This document shows positions 1 through 14,199 of a stretch of DNA of 64,000 bases, piece after piece; position 1 is the stretch's first letter, and every line of letters begins with the position of its first letter. This DNA comes from Hamiltosporidium tvaerminnensis FI-OER-3-3 (lineage: Eukaryota; Fungi; Microsporidia), in NCBI GenBank assembly GCA_022605425.2, contig JAKIMF020000004.1:1054001-1118000 (forward strand), in the 5' to 3' direction. Under the pieces are notes generated by a model. The model was not told the DNA's origin. It saw only the letters and a list, made by a program, of their open reading frames with translations, and did not search any database. Both the position numbers and the translations under genes were made by a program.

Positions 1-364
1 GTTTCGATGCCATACCGACAAGTATATCCTGCTTTTTCGAATTCAAAGCTTTTTAAAGTGTACGTTGTTTTCCATCTCTCAGTTGCAAAGTTTTCTAACG
101 AGTGTGCGAGGCTATGCCTCCATTCTGTTACATGGCAATTACATTTAAATTCGTAGGTCTAATCTATATAAATAAAAACCCAAAACTTTTTTGAGAAATA
201 AAATCACCATTAATGAACTATCGTAAGCAAATATAGATTTACATGGAGCAATCGAAAATATAGTCTGGTTATAATTCCAGCTAGAATCCAAACAATGATT
301 TCACACCATTTTCATATACAAATTTCCAAGCAGATGATTTTTTAATGTAGTTATCGTTCCTCCA
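1..364 (-). mobile_element. SINE-like family A copy (partial, runs off the window start)
   Basis: Collinear similarity to 35585-35950 (gccatacc...ttacatggcaattac...caaacaatgat...ccaagcaga...gttatcgttcctcca). Confidence 0.75.
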
Positions 365-548
365 GAATTTTTGCAAAGTATATATACATATTTAAAGAAT
401 TGAAGTAAAATTTATATTTTAATATTAGATTTAAACATAGTTGTAAACATTTAATACGATTATAATTTACATTAAAATGTTAAAGTTATAAAAGCTTTTA
501 ATCATCAGTTTATTTTTTTTCTGCACAATTAAATATTAATAATATTAA

Positions 549-1115
549 TTAGGATTCTTGATAAATGAAACTATTTGGAGATTGACATGGTGAAAGGGTT
601 TCAAGAGTTTCTTCACCAATAATTCCATCTGTTAAAACCGATTTATTTGAAACATCTGATATGGTACTTGCATCCGAAAAATCCTCAATTAAATCCCAGG
701 GAGAACTTTGAAGTAAATCAGATTCAGATTTTGGTCTAATCCTTGCAAATTTCTGTTTATCGGGCTCGTTTTTATCTTTACAACTTTCAATTTTTTTCCC
801 CTCAAATATTGTATATAGTTCAGAGGTTAAATGCCGACATCGACAATTATTAGACAGATTTATAGGATCCTTACTGGAGCAAACGTCCCCAGAATATGAA
901 ATGTTGTCACTCTTGGTTTCGGAATAAAATGAACTAGAATTATCATTTTCTAATGGAATGATTTCAACATCATCATCAACTGTTTCATATCTGATATATG
1001 TAGATTCATTAAAATTTGTTTCTTTAACCGATCTAATGCTTTTTGTTTTTCTATTCAGTGAACATATTATAAACTTTGAGATTGTCAATAAAATTGAAGT
1101 CCATTTTGTATTCAT
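549..1115 (-). CDS. Lineage-specific putative secreted protein, family 1 (paralog of 11168-11752)
   Basis: 188-aa ORF with a hydrophobic N-terminus. Shares MNTK..LLTI.K.I..S.NRK, STY.RYE.VDD.V.II, L..ELY and GIIGE blocks with the 11.2-11.7 kb ORF. Confidence 0.85.
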   Translation of the reverse strand: MNTKWTSILLTISKFIICSLNRKTKSIRSVKETNFNESTYIRYETVDDDVEIIPLENDNSSSFYSETKSDNISYSGDVCSSKDPINLSNNCRCRHLTSELYTIFEGKKIESCKDKNEPDKQKFARIRPKSESDLLQSSPWDLIEDFSDASTISDVSNKSVLTDGIIGEETLETLSPCQSPNSFIYQES

Positions 1116-2212
1116 ATCGTATTATTTTATCGGTTTGTTTTATAAGACTTAAACAGATCCAATTATATTTATAATTTAATCAGTAAAATTTATAATTTAA
1201 TCAATAAAATTAAGTCGAAAAAAATTTCCTTTTAGAAATAAAAAATAAAAAATGATAAATAATAACCAAAATCGGGAAATCGATAATTGTAATAATAACA
1301 TGATTTATACATGCTTATATAATTTCCTTTGCCAAATTCATTTTTTTGTTATCCTTAGAAATATCAAATGAAACACATAGTAACACTTTGGTTTACAAAA
1401 CATCCTAAATATTAAATTAAAGATAAATGCAATCTTCTTCCTAGGCACAAAAAAATACTCAGTTAAATTTTAACCTAAATTGCAAAGTAGATTTTTTATA
1501 ACACTGTTTTAAAATCAAGATTTTATTAACATATTTTTTTTCACTAAAAACGATATAAAGATTTTGTCAAGAAAATATCTGAACAAAAATTCAACATAAA
1601 AAATAATTGCAAATGAGGTAAATCATTTTTAGCCGGCAATATAAAACAAAATCATATATAGAAAAGCTACATCGAATGATAAAGAAAATGGAAATAAATC
1701 TAGTCCATATCATTTACACAATTTTTGTAACACAAATGAAATATTTCCACAAAATTAAATCGCTGTATTACAATACAGCTTAATCAAATTAAATATTTTA
1801 TGATATAATAAAGAATTCTTAAGTACTTTCAAATCGTTTGGTTTAATAAAGATTCAAATTACTGCTATTTGAATTATATAATGAATACTTGTCGGATGTA
1901 TCACAAACGTTCAATTGTTTTGGCTCTAAGTTAATATTATTCTTCTTGTTTAACTAAAATATTCAAATTTAGCAATCAATTTATTAAAAATTACGTATAA
2001 TAAATTTAACAAAATTAAATCAAAAAGGAAAAAACAATTTATTAAACGAAATTTTAATTTTTTTTTGATTAAAAGATTTTTATCGTTAAAAAAAACGGGC
2101 TTTTAAAATTCCTCAAAAAGAGAATTTACAAATATCTAAATAGCTATATTTTCAAGACTTTGTAATTAAAGAATTTATTATAATATTTATATGTATTACT
2201 AAATCTACATGA

Positions 2213-2910
2213 TAAAGGAAGATTACCACATAAAAACTTTCTGCTTAGCAATGAATTAGTGAATCGATTTATTAGATCATTGTTTGGCTTTTTGGTGGGA
2301 CCCTGACCACACTGGATTTTCGGTTATTTCGTGGGATTTGTATGAGGTGGAAAAGGTCAAAAAAATATGGAAACTTATTCTACAAATTTATTAGTTTTTT
2401 GTAACTGGATTGGAGATCGCATCTCAACTTGTGGGTAATCGCAGTGTAAAAGCGTGGAAACATACCCTTGTTCAACCAGATTAGAATACATAGCGGCTAA
2501 TAGATACAAAGAAAACCCATTAATACCAGGAAACTCAAGTGGCGGATTATAGCTGTTGGTATGACATTGCAATGTCTAAGTGAACCCATTAACTCCTCGA
2601 AAATATCTTAGTAGAATTTTTATTGAGTCCTAAAGGTGTAAAGTAAGTGGACATGCGCATAGTTCTGGGGGAACTAAGAGCGCGCTTTGGTGAATGATCA
2701 CACTTCATGCAGCGGACACTAAAGAACTCGTGCAACTATCTAGGCTATTAATTGGATTAAAACGCCATTTTGATAAAAGACTTAAGATGTAAGTATTGTA
2801 GAGGTACCGATCGAGTCTTATTATAGCCTACATTTATGCTAAATTTAGAAATGGGTTGATTTCAGAGAACAATATAACATCCGGTACTGTTTTAAAATAT
2901 GAATGTTTTT
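2213..2910 (+). mobile_element. SINE-like family A copy (full length, diverged)
   Basis: Begins ggaagattaccacataaaaactttctgcttagcaatga and is collinear over ~700 bp with the reverse complement of 52558-53277. Confidence 0.85.
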
Positions 2911-4076
2911 CAAAAAAAATATTGAACTTACATTTTATAATCTAAGAAACACCGTATAAAGAAAGAAAATAGATTTATTTAACCAATTAGTAATATCTTA
3001 GGATAAAACTATTTTCAAAAACGTTTTATATTTTATATAATATTTAAACTAGATTTATATAATTGTTGTGTTGTAAATCAATTATTGAAGTTTGACTCTT
3101 TAATAAAATTTAGCTATACATTATTCGCATTAAAAAGTTTAAAATAATTAAGATAAGCATCAAATTATATTTCTCTTATATTTCTATGTATTTTCAGATC
3201 CCTGATCTTTATTAGAATTTTCATGAAGGTATTTGCATAATGGTATTATTATTGCGAATTAAACAAACTGCACAAATACATAAAACAAATAATTCTTTTG
3301 TGATTAAAGACGGATTTTTGTACGATTTACGTTTATAAAGAAAAATATCTCTTTTTTTGGCAAATTATATGCGTAGTCTTTTATTTAACGATATTCGTTT
3401 AAACTATAAATGTTTGTTTTTTATTCTATATTTTAAATTTTTGAACAACGAAATATTGATCGATTGATGCAGTTTTTGCTTTGTAGTCTTCACTTTCAAC
3501 TTTCATTTAGAAAGTGAAAATCGATTCTTTTCATATTTTGTAATTTGTTTAAAAAAATATCTAGGTTTGAATACTAAATATATACTTATATTTGCGATTC
3601 ATAGTAAATGCTTCAAAATATTCTTTTAGATAGAAATATACTGAAGATGAATAAAATTGGTTTCTTTCGCCCAAAGCATAAGCTTTGCAACGCAAAAGTT
3701 TTTAAAAATATCTATTTATTCGAAAAGTTTACATAATATGCTGTTAAAAGCTGTTTATGCCATAAAATAACCGATTCTTTTCTAATAAAAATTTCACATT
3801 ACAAAAATCGACTAAACCTTAATTAGTATTGGAAAAGATCTACATCCCTAAAAAACTTTGAGTGAATATCGTACAGCTGTTTACAAAATTTAGTAAATAG
3901 TACTAATTATGTGAAGATTTCATAGTTTATAAAATACCAAAAATAAAAAAATGACAAAAGTTGTTAAAATTATATTTTTTAAAAAATCGTTATTTTATAA
4001 TTTTAGTATATCATCAGGAAAAAAAAGACAAAATTTAATTCATAACAAACTTTTATGCAATAAAAATAAAATATCT

Positions 4077-4690
4077 TTAATATAAATCATCAATCCAATA
4101 TTCTGGAATTAAAAATTGATCCCTAAAAAGATTATCGTAATCATTCAAGGATGCAGGAAAAAAATAAATATTAGTAGAAGAATCCGAGCTTTCTTTTTTT
4201 GGTGATAAATCGGGGTTCTTTTCCGCATCCAATGTTTCAAGTCTTATATCTTGCGAAGATTCAGATGTACCACAAATTCTTAATTCGGAAAATTTTTCAC
4301 GAAATGTTTTTTCTTCCCGTGGATTTCTTAAAAAACAAGTCTGGTAATATGAAGTTGCATCTCTCAAATATTCCTTCTCACCACTACCATTTCCGCTAAT
4401 ATCCTCAGAATAATCTTCTAAACTTTGACTACTTGAAGATCCTGGTTGCTTTTCTTTTCTATTCGTCCCACATGGAACAAAATCTTTTTTGAGTGCAATT
4501 TATCCGGATTAGAACATGCTGACAATAGAATAACCCCATCTTTGTTTTTATGTTTCTCGACGCTATAATTGACTTCTTTATCATTATCAGAATTTAAAAG
4601 CACGGTGTCTTTGACATAGCCTGTAGAACACCCAGAAATTTGTAAAAGACATAAAAATGTCAATGTTTTCTTTATTACGCATAATTTCAT
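4077..4690 (-). CDS. Putative secreted protein, family 2, split by a -1 frameshift at 4484-4490 (~204 aa when joined)
   Basis: The N-terminus MKLCVIKKTLTFLCLLQIS resembles MNFFRINKIISFLCLLKVS (19934). Adding one A in the A6 run gives ..HSKKDFVPC.., matching ..FTKKDILVC.. in the paralog, and the frame stays open into ORF 4077-4367. Confidence 0.75.
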
Positions 4691-7600
4691 GGTTTGCAAT
4701 TTATTTAAATATTTATAGGTTATAAATTATCCTTAAATAGAATCTTTTAAATTGAAAGAGCTATTTTTTAGGACTTTTTGAACAGTAAAAAATAAATGGA
4801 TAAATTATAAAATATAAAAATGGTTTTTTATAGTGTATAATAAAGTTAGTTAGGATTTACTATTTTATATTAAAATAGAACATTTATTTAATGTCGTTTA
4901 TTTATATTCTTGTTTTAATCGTTTTTCTAATTTCTTTCTTTTGATTCAACTTATCTTCTATATTTGGGTAGATAATTTATTCCAGGCTTTTATTCAAGAT
5001 CTGGGGTTTAAAAGGCATATGTGGGGAAACATCCAAATTATTAAGTTATTGCATTTCTAACGATTTATATGATAGTTTTATACTACGTTCTTACAAATTG
5101 ATATTGCAGCATGTAAAAATATTTATTGTCTCACATTCGAACCTAGGCTTATCGTAGTTCTCTTCTGTAATCAACATCATATTCAAGTTTTTTAAAGTCT
5201 ATATTGAAACTTAATTTGTTTTCATTCGCGTGTGTTGAGAATTTTATAAATAATTTTTATGGTATTTGGTCATAAATCATCCATACATAAGAATTTGTTT
5301 TCAATTCACTAAATTTATTATTAAGGTTTTTTTATCCGCATGTAACCGCCTTCCTATTTTGTTTCTCACTTTCGAAGATTCAAAAAAAGCCATGAGTAGT
5401 AATTTTGCTTATAAAAGTGCAATCGGATGAAAATTTTTTTAAAACTAATATACTGCAAATATTATACCAAAGTTTAAAAGTATTTTTGAAAGAGTCCACT
5501 ATTCTTTTTGAAATAAAATTTTAGTGAGTTTTTTAAAGAGCGTGTTTACATTGATTTTTGACTGTTTTTAAATTCAGGCAACTCTAATAATAGTAGCTAA
5601 AAAAATTTTCCAATATAACATCATGTCTACCATGCCCATGTAGATTTTAAAGCCTATATGCTAAATTATCTGCTTGATTTTTAGATTCCGCAAATATTAA
5701 TAGCTTTAGTTAGTATTCGAAAATATATTCTTTCCTTAATCATACAAAAGATCGTCTGAAAGTATGGTTCTATGGCTAATGGCTATGAATTCAAAGAATT
5801 ACCAAAGCCGATTAGTAGCTTTTTCTAGCCTTTAATAGCCCTAAAATGCTTGATTGTTTATTTTGACATATAAATTTGCTAATGTGAATTTGTAACTTGC
5901 AAACTTGATTTCCTTTGATTCTAAACCTTCTTTTAAAAATATTTAAATAACATGATGGACTTGTTACTATTCTCTCTCCATAAGATTATTGCTTTTCAAA
6001 TTGAAATTTCCGTACTTTTTCATGTGTTTATATCTTGATAATTCCTATATTTACTACATCTGACACTATGATGACACCTCAATTCATATTGAGGCAGGTA
6101 AGAAACTTTTAAATGTTTTTTTGCTTATTTTCCTCCCAAAACTTCTCTAGTACACCATATTAGATATAGTAGACATGGCTTACGACTTTACATTCTGTTA
6201 TCTATAATCAAGCACAAAGTTCTCAGTTGATTAATTGTATAAAAGAATCAAGCCAAATTATTATAAGCAAAAGTATTTCTCTTTGATAAGATATAGTTTT
6301 ATATCTAAGGTCAAATCATACTGAAATTTAGGTAACATGCTCTAATATTTACAACTACTATAAACATTGATAATTATTAAAGAATAGAAATATCTTTGTG
6401 GAATGTTCGCAGTAGATTTTTATCCTGATCTTAAAAACACATTTTCAATAAAAAAAGCCACATTTCAAACTCCAGGTAGCTTTTTTTTCTTATATTGCAA
6501 CGAGCTTAAGGCCATCAAAAAAAGAGTTTATTAATAATTCAAGAACTAATTCAGAAGGTATCGGTCTTATTTATGCTTTACTAGGTCAAATATTTTTTTT
6601 CTTAATAATAAATAGACACTAAAAGCAAATCCCCACCATTAGAAATTTTTTTAAAAACTTCGATTATATGAACATTTCTGATTAAAATATTGGATATAAA
6701 TTATATTTAGCGGATTTAAATCATAAATGAATTGATATTTAATCAGAATAGTTTAAATTCCACATCTTTTAGATTCTATATTTATAGTCTGCCAAATAAA
6801 AAATTTTGGTTTGAATCATATATTTCAAATTTATACCGGAGATTTTAATAAGCGAAATAATTTATAGTGCCATTTTTTCAGTTTTTAGAAAATTTATATA
6901 TATTTTAGAGCTAATTATGTATAAATTATTTGCGCGATTTTATTTAAAGTTAATAAACTTTTAAACATTCTGTCCTTAATAGTATCTTTTTTATATAAGA
7001 AAATTTATCTATGGTCGAAATTTCACATGAAATGTTTCTTAGCGCCAGAAATCATAAAAATAAAATAAGGTATCACATACCAAGTATTTTTTTATAAATA
7101 TAACTTACATGTATGTAAAATGATGTTTATAAATTTTCATGAGTTAGATTAAAAAAATTAAAGGATATTGAATTTGAAAGCTTCAATTAAAAAAAAATGC
7201 ATACATTTGAAAGTTTGTTCATTAAAAAACATAAAATTGGTAGTAAGTTTGGCGAAAGTTTTAATATATTATCATACTTACTATATATTTTTTTTAACAG
7301 TTCATACTAAAAAATGTGGTAAACCACAATAGACAGAATATTTTGATTAAAATCCTCAGAGAATCCCATAAAGATCGAAATCGAAATATATAATATTAAA
7401 ATTATCTTATTCTCATACACTTTGATTTTATCTAGGGAGGTATTTAAAGGCACACTTTTCTTATTCCGAGCCGTAAATAAATTTATCACAATTTAAATTA
7501 AAAGCGAAGTAATTTTCTTTAGAACTTTGTTCAAAAAGAACTAGCATTGGCGCCTAAATTCATTTTTTAGAAAATCTCTAGAAAGTATTAAATAATAATT

Positions 7601-10600
7601 TTCCCTTATATTAATCAGAAAATCCAATCTTTCGCTTCGGACGCCTCGGCATAGCATGTTAAAGCAAGATTTTTTTCACAAATGAAGTCTATAGTCTACC
7701 TGGAGTTACGAAAATAATCTCAGGAGGCTATTCAATTAATGAAAATCGTAAATTTAGTTTGAAGGAGCATTTGATATTTCAGTTTAATCATTTTTTTGTC
7801 TAATTTACTTCACCGATATTTCTTCTACTCAGATCAAAATATATTTTTTTAGATAATATATAAGACATTATCTATACGAATTAAATTTTAATGAATGAAG
7901 ATTTTATGTCGTGCTCTATTCTCTGCTTGCCATTTTTTTATACGGAATTTCTTCGGGATGTTTCAAATTCTAACGGAGAATAGTTTTACATTATTTTAAA
8001 TCCTGAAATTTGGATTTAATTTTTCTGATATTTTCTTATAACTTTTTTACTACAGAAAACTTGAATGAATATTTCTGTTCGCTCCTTTAATAAAATCGAA
8101 TGTATCCATTTGTTCCATAAGTCTTGATTTTACAATAAATCTAGCACAGAATTTCCTATGTCATAATATTCTCAAATCTAAATAATCAATTAAAAAGATT
8201 CAAAATTTGTTGTAGAGAGAATTATGGGCTTTTATTTCGTGCTTTCATATGGATTTTACACTTCATTGAAATTTTTTTGTGTTTGAAAAAGCGAGATAAT
8301 GAATTTTACATAGATCATTCAAAATATTTTGATCAAACATGTTCAAAAGTCATTTTTTTAGCCTGATAAAAATATTTTTGTGTTTCTTTCAATTTCCAAT
8401 TTAGTATATAGTCAACCACTTCGTTCATAGCTTCTTGTTTGGCGGCTTGTTTTTTTTTCGCGATTTTTTTGTAGAAACCTACACATTATATTCACTACAA
8501 TCAATTGTGATTGCTCAAAAAAATTTCCTAGTAAAACTTATTTGGCCGTGCTATGATTCAGATGCATTCTAATTTCATTATTATGCTCAGTTTCAGAGAT
8601 TTTTCTAAACTTAATGACGGTCACTAAGTATGCAGTTCTTTTATAGCTTTCGTTTAGCAGATATAAGAAGCGAAGCTGAATCCTTACAATTTCAAACAAA
8701 AAAATCCAGATTACATCAATAATGGGAATAGAATCGGAGAGGTTTCGCACCACTTCGACCCGAATAAATCATTAATTAACAGCATATATATAGAGGCTAG
8801 GGTTTTACTATAACAAATAATATCACTTCAATAAAGATGATACAAGACATATCAACAGGATTGAATGAACGCATGGTAAAATTGTAATTTTATAAAGGTT
8901 TATATAAATTAAAATCGCCGACAAATGTTCTGTGCAATTCAAAAAACAAACAGACGAAGGCAAAGCCACTATATCACAATCTTCTAAGTAAGGACTAGAT
9001 ATAGCACATGTAAGCTGAGGGATTTTACTGTTATCAAGATTTTGTGATAACAATTGAAATAAAAAATAACCACGATTGTATGTTTTTTTTACCAAGAAAC
9101 AACCTAGTTCTCTGCCTATAGTGGAAAAATTTGAAAATCTTCGTACAAAAATTCACGAGCAATGAGCAAGTTTTAAACATAAAAGAAATAAAATTGTTGG
9201 AAAAATTACCTCGAAAATTAATCTTTCAAAATCTATCTAGTTTTGCTGCTCTGGTTGTTATGAAATTCTGTCAATCCATTATAGAAGTAATTTTGAAAAA
9301 CTTTAATAAACAGTTGAAATCTACAAGACTGTGAATCATAGAGCCCCTAAGAAAATAAAAGTGTCATTAAATATCAAGAAAAGGAGGCGATTACGCAGCG
9401 CCTCCCTAGAAATGATTTAAAAATCTTTCATTTTTCAAACAAAGTCATATCTGCGAACATTACAGATAAAATTTACGGTTTTATCAGCATTACATATCTG
9501 ATAGTTAAGTCATTACCCTATATTATGATTATTTGCGATGCGAGTTTCTTATTTACATCACAGATTCCCTGATCTAATTTTTAGATAAAGAACGCGATTT
9601 CAAGGTTTTTTACATGCGAAAGCTCATAAATACTTCATCGAAAACATGAACCATAAATAAACCGACACTATAAAGATTTGACAGTAGTGTAGCATTGGAC
9701 TTGTTTTAATAACAAAAATGCTACTTTGAATGGCATAGACAAAAGGAATTGAAGATCAACTGGAATAAGTTTACGTGTAATTATATTTCAAATTCAAATA
9801 TTTCCTACCGAAGGAAGAGAAAAATTCTGCCAGTGAATTCTAAATGAATTGAGTTTGGATTTGGAATCAAAATTTTAAAGTATGAAACACGATAACGTAT
9901 TCGAGGACATAGAAATTGAATTCTTATACCGAAAAGAATTTAGATAAACTTTCTAATCTCAAAAGTGAGAAGAAGAAAGGAAGCTTAAGTGATCTTGGAG
10001 GTTAATAAAAGATCTGTTAGACAATAGAGCAGGACTTGAATATAGTAAGAGCACATAGAGAATATTTAAAATTGATTTATAAGAAGATCGAGTGCCCTTA
10101 TTTGGGACTTCATATCAAATTCACTCGAATCAGCAACAGAAATTATAAGGCTTTGTTAATGAAATAAAATACAACTTCAATAAATGTAAATTATAATGGT
10201 TTATAAACATGTAAAGAAAATTTTGATTTCTAAAACTATTCTCTCGAATAGAAAGAAGAGATCATTCGTTCAATTAATTTTGGCTTTTATTGGCTTGTTG
10301 GTTATTTATAATGACCTTGTATAATTTTATGCAAAATATGAGATAAAAATGGAGCATAGACTATTAATACAACCAGAGCACCTAATATAGTTAATATACT
10401 TCTGTTTTATAATAAATATGTTATTACAGGTTAATGGTGATTCGAGTGAGTGTCTTTGCCTAGCACAATATAAAAGAGTAAAAAAAATATTTTTAAAAAG
10501 TTGCACATAAAATTTTCAAAGCTTTGGCTAGGAAACTTTTGATGTATTAAAAGCAATTTGACTTCGCAAAGTTTCACTCATCGCGGTTGATTCTTTGCTA

Positions 10601-11167
10601 ATTAACACTAGTAAACGAAGAGGTAATTGAGGCAAAAATTTTTTTAGCGTAGCAAAGCTTCTAAAATGTAAATAAATATATTTCAGCAATATATATCTAA
10701 TTTTTAAAAATTATAGAGATTTAAACTATAAACTATTTTTTCAACTATTTAAATTTTATTATTCGCATAATCTTGGCATAATAGTTTTTATTTTAGTTAT
10801 ATTTTAAATAATAACGCACCAAATATAATTTAAATCCAAAAATCCCAATAGAAAATAACTTTTTTTATCAATTGTATTACAACTTTTAAATTTGTACTTA
10901 AGACGGAACTTTTTTTATTGCTAATATATAGGGTCATTTTCCTATAATAATTTAGAAATTTGATCTAATAGAAAAAATTTCACAAGTTTTGTAAACCTTA
11001 TTTATCTGTTTTGAAATAAACATAAAAATGGTAGTCACTGATTTCAATTTTTACAATATTATTTTTAGAATTTGTTGATCAAAGCTACTCAACATGTATA
11101 TAGAACCTTGAATTGATCTTATGAAAGTATATAAATCAAAAGAAACATTTAATTATAATATCCCACT

Positions 11168-11752
11168 TCAAACAAAATTCTCACCATAATTTTTTTCTTC
11201 TTCATAACTAAAACTATCAGAAAATTGATGTTAAAAATCATCTTCCAAAATATCTTCACCAATAATTCCATTTGTAAAATTTGAATTATTAGAAACATAT
11301 GAATCTGTGCTTTCATCATAATATTTCTCGATTGAATTGTCTGAATTACTTTGAATGGAATCGGTTTTGGATTCATCGCTAATGCTTATTGTTCTGTTTT
11401 TATTTGACCTCATATCCTCTCTATAGCGTATAAAGTTTTTTTTATCCTCTGTATTATAAAGTTCTGCTAATATATATGGATTTTGAGCTTGATGAAAATA
11501 ATTTTGATTCTGTCTAGATATAACTGATTCATTATAAAAAGACTCATCTCGATATGTTTCGGAATGCAATAAATCTTTATTCTTAATGAATGAAATAATT
11601 TTGACATTATCATCAACATTTTCATACCTACAGTATGTGCTATCATTTGAATCCGAGTTGAATTGCAAACTGTCACTTTGTTTTTTTCTGTTGAATGAAT
11701 ACGTTATAACCTTGAAAATTGTTAATAAAATCAAATTGCGTTTTGTATTCAT
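11168..11752 (-). CDS. Family 1 putative secreted protein with an in-frame TAA at 11231-11233 (truncated allele, pseudogene or error)
   Basis: CCC lies directly before the ATG. Homology to 549-1115 continues past the stop (IIGEDILEDDF*HQFSDSFSYEE vs IIGEETLETLSPCQSPNSFIYQE) to a TGA at 11168-11170. Confidence 0.8.
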
Positions 11753-12055
11753 GGGAGGTTTTGTATCGGCTCTGTTTATTTAACATTTGAATAATTGAAT
11801 TTAATGATCTATTATTCCAAAATCTAATTTATTTTTGTTCGAGAACAATCGAATATTTATCAAATAAAAAATCATAATTCCAGGCATCATTTTTCAATTG
11901 CAAATATTTCCATATTTGTTAGATTCGAAAACTTTTCTAAAAAAAATGTTCTAGAAGACTTTTTTGATTTAGAAATGTGTCAGGTTAGAAATCTTCATAA
12001 ATTATCATTTCATTGTTTTATTAACGAAAATATTTTATAAAAACAAAAAAAAAAA

Positions 12056-12442
12056 TTTTTATTAATAAAATTCTGGGTTAAAACATTTTTACTATTTTCA
12101 TATGTTTTCTTCTACCTCTTTAACCACTTTTGTCTCTTCTTCCAAATCCGACTCTTCATTTAAGTTATTGGTCGGTTCCTCTAAAGTGGTTCCTCCTTGT
12201 GAAATAAAGGGTGCTTTATTTTTTGGTTTAAAATTTTTTGCATCATCTTCCTCTCTCTTCTCTCCTTTTAAAGGTGGTGTTGGTTCCTCATGCACCTCTG
12301 ATCTCATAATAACACCCATTGACGCTCTCTCCCAGCTCTCTTCGGCATTTAGCCCTGACTAAAGTCCTCTTCGTCGATCAAAGGAAATTGTTTCGACTGT
12401 TTTCTTAAGTACTATAGACTGAATGTATGCCTCTACATTCAT
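12056..12442 (-). mobile_element. 5'-truncated 3' end of an R4/Dong-like non-LTR retrotransposon
   Basis: Encodes AYIQSIVLKKTVETISFDRRRG plus the 3' tail shared with 29120-29490. Flanked by ataaaa(a)caaaaaaaaa(aa)t on both sides, a TSD-like repeat differing only in homopolymer length. Confidence 0.85.
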
Positions 12443-12913
12443 AAAACAAAAAAAAATAAATCTATGTACAATAAACAAAAATTTAACAAATATATGAAAC
12501 ACGACATTTTCAATATATCATTAAAGAGAGGTATTTTTTATTGTATATTACACCAGAATGTTAAAAAGAGTTATTTAAATTAAATTTGATAAAGAAAAAA
12601 ATTCAAATTTTATGCAAATTTGAGAACTAAATAGAAAATCAAGGTTTCAAAAACATGTACATTTTTTATATCTCAAATTTTTGATTAAAAAGAATCTAAT
12701 TATATGAATAAAACCAATATTTGCTTTGTTTAAGTTAAAATGGTATTAAAATGGGCTTAAAAATATTTGTTTTCATTCTTTCAATAAAATATCCATGTTT
12801 GGTAGTTAATATATTAGAAACTACAAAAAACAAATCCAATGATACATATTTACATAGTAGAATCTTTTATTGGAAATTTTATAACCCAATAAAATTTATA
12901 GATTTATATTAAT

Positions 12914-13115
12914 TTAATAAAATTCTGGGTTAAAATATTTTTAAAATTTTTATATGTTTTCTTCTACCTCTTTAACCACTATTTTCGTTTCTTCCAAATT
13001 CGACTCTTCATTTATGTTATTGGTCGGTTCTTCTAACGTGGTTCCTCCTTGTGAAATAAGGAGTGTATTATTTTATGATTTTAAAACTTTAACACCATCT
13101 TCCTCTCTTTTCGCT
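12914..13115 (-). mobile_element. 202-bp 5'-truncated copy of the same non-LTR element with a 13-bp TSD
   Basis: Highly similar to 12062-12260. Perfect direct repeat GATTTATATTAAT at 12901-12913 and 13116-13128. Confidence 0.88.
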
Positions 13116-13229
13116 GATTTATATTAATAAAAACAAGGCTTTGTAATTGCAAAAAGCTAACTTTAAAGTTATTTAAATATGTAGAATTTCGGATTCATTT
13201 TTATTTCGAGAAATTTTTGGTTCACATTA

Positions 13230-13478
13230 TACAGCCAAATTCAGTCGAATCCACATACAAAATATAATGACTAAAGGAGAAAATATTAATCTCTAATGAA
13301 AACATCTGTCTATTGGTCCTTTAGGTTGAGCGTAGGGCAAGCAATTCACCTTTTAAAACCACCTTGTTACGAAACCCAAATAAAGTAATCAAACCCGCTG
13401 GAAACATACCGGTAAGTAGAATTAATAAAGAAGCCAAGGCTCCTGCAAGGATGCAGCTGCGAGGATCAATGAATGAAT
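13230..13478 (+). mobile_element. Family C non-autonomous RTE-derived element (degenerate)
   Basis: gactaaagg...ggtcctttaggttg...tttaaaaccaccttgttacgaaacc...gaagccaaggct...gcgaggat matches the reverse complement of 24441-24664 and 46385-46608. Confidence 0.65.
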
Positions 13479-14199
13479 CTTACTACTACGCTTACTTTAA
13501 ACATGATAATTAAAATATATGGTTTCTGTCAAATGACAAAATACATATTCAGAATAAATGTTTGCATACTCATCAATATTTTGAAATCATTCATTCTAAA
13601 ATCATCCACAATATAAATCATTTCAGATTTGTACAAGGAAGTAAAAAATAAAAAAATATGTCAATTGTGTTTGAATCCACCGTTTGCTGGTTTTATGCTG
13701 AAATTTGATTACATTTACAAATAAAAAAAATTCATTTTAATTCGTAATTTTTCCTGTAAACTAAATTATTGTATAAATAATCTAAAAAAATCTTTATTAA
13801 AGTAATAAATTTAATAAAAAACTTGGCTTGAAATACTAACAAAATAAACGGTATCACAACCCTGCTGACAGAATAGTAGTGAAAATCTGATGTAAAAATA
13901 TGGGCAACATGAACCATTTATTTAACTGATTCCGACTTCTTATACAAAGAAAAACATCTATCACCAAACTAAAAGGGAAAAAAAATTGTGAGATTTACGT
14001 TTGACCCTACCAAAAACACTAATCTTAGTTAAGTTAAAGTCACCGGATTAAAAGCCTATTTGCATGACAGATCCTTTGTACTCTGGATATTCAAAGTAAG
14101 TAGACCAATAGACCCCAGATAATACTCGATTAGGTTAAATTGGGCACACCGAAATAACTTTATGGTTTTTTTGTATTAGAGGCAATAAATTTTTAAGAA

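Noticed and set aside
12098-12362. ORFs 12098-12319 and 12102-12362 as host genes
   Set aside because: They lie inside the non-LTR 3' fragment, as do many other short ORFs that overlap repeats or are antisense to real genes.
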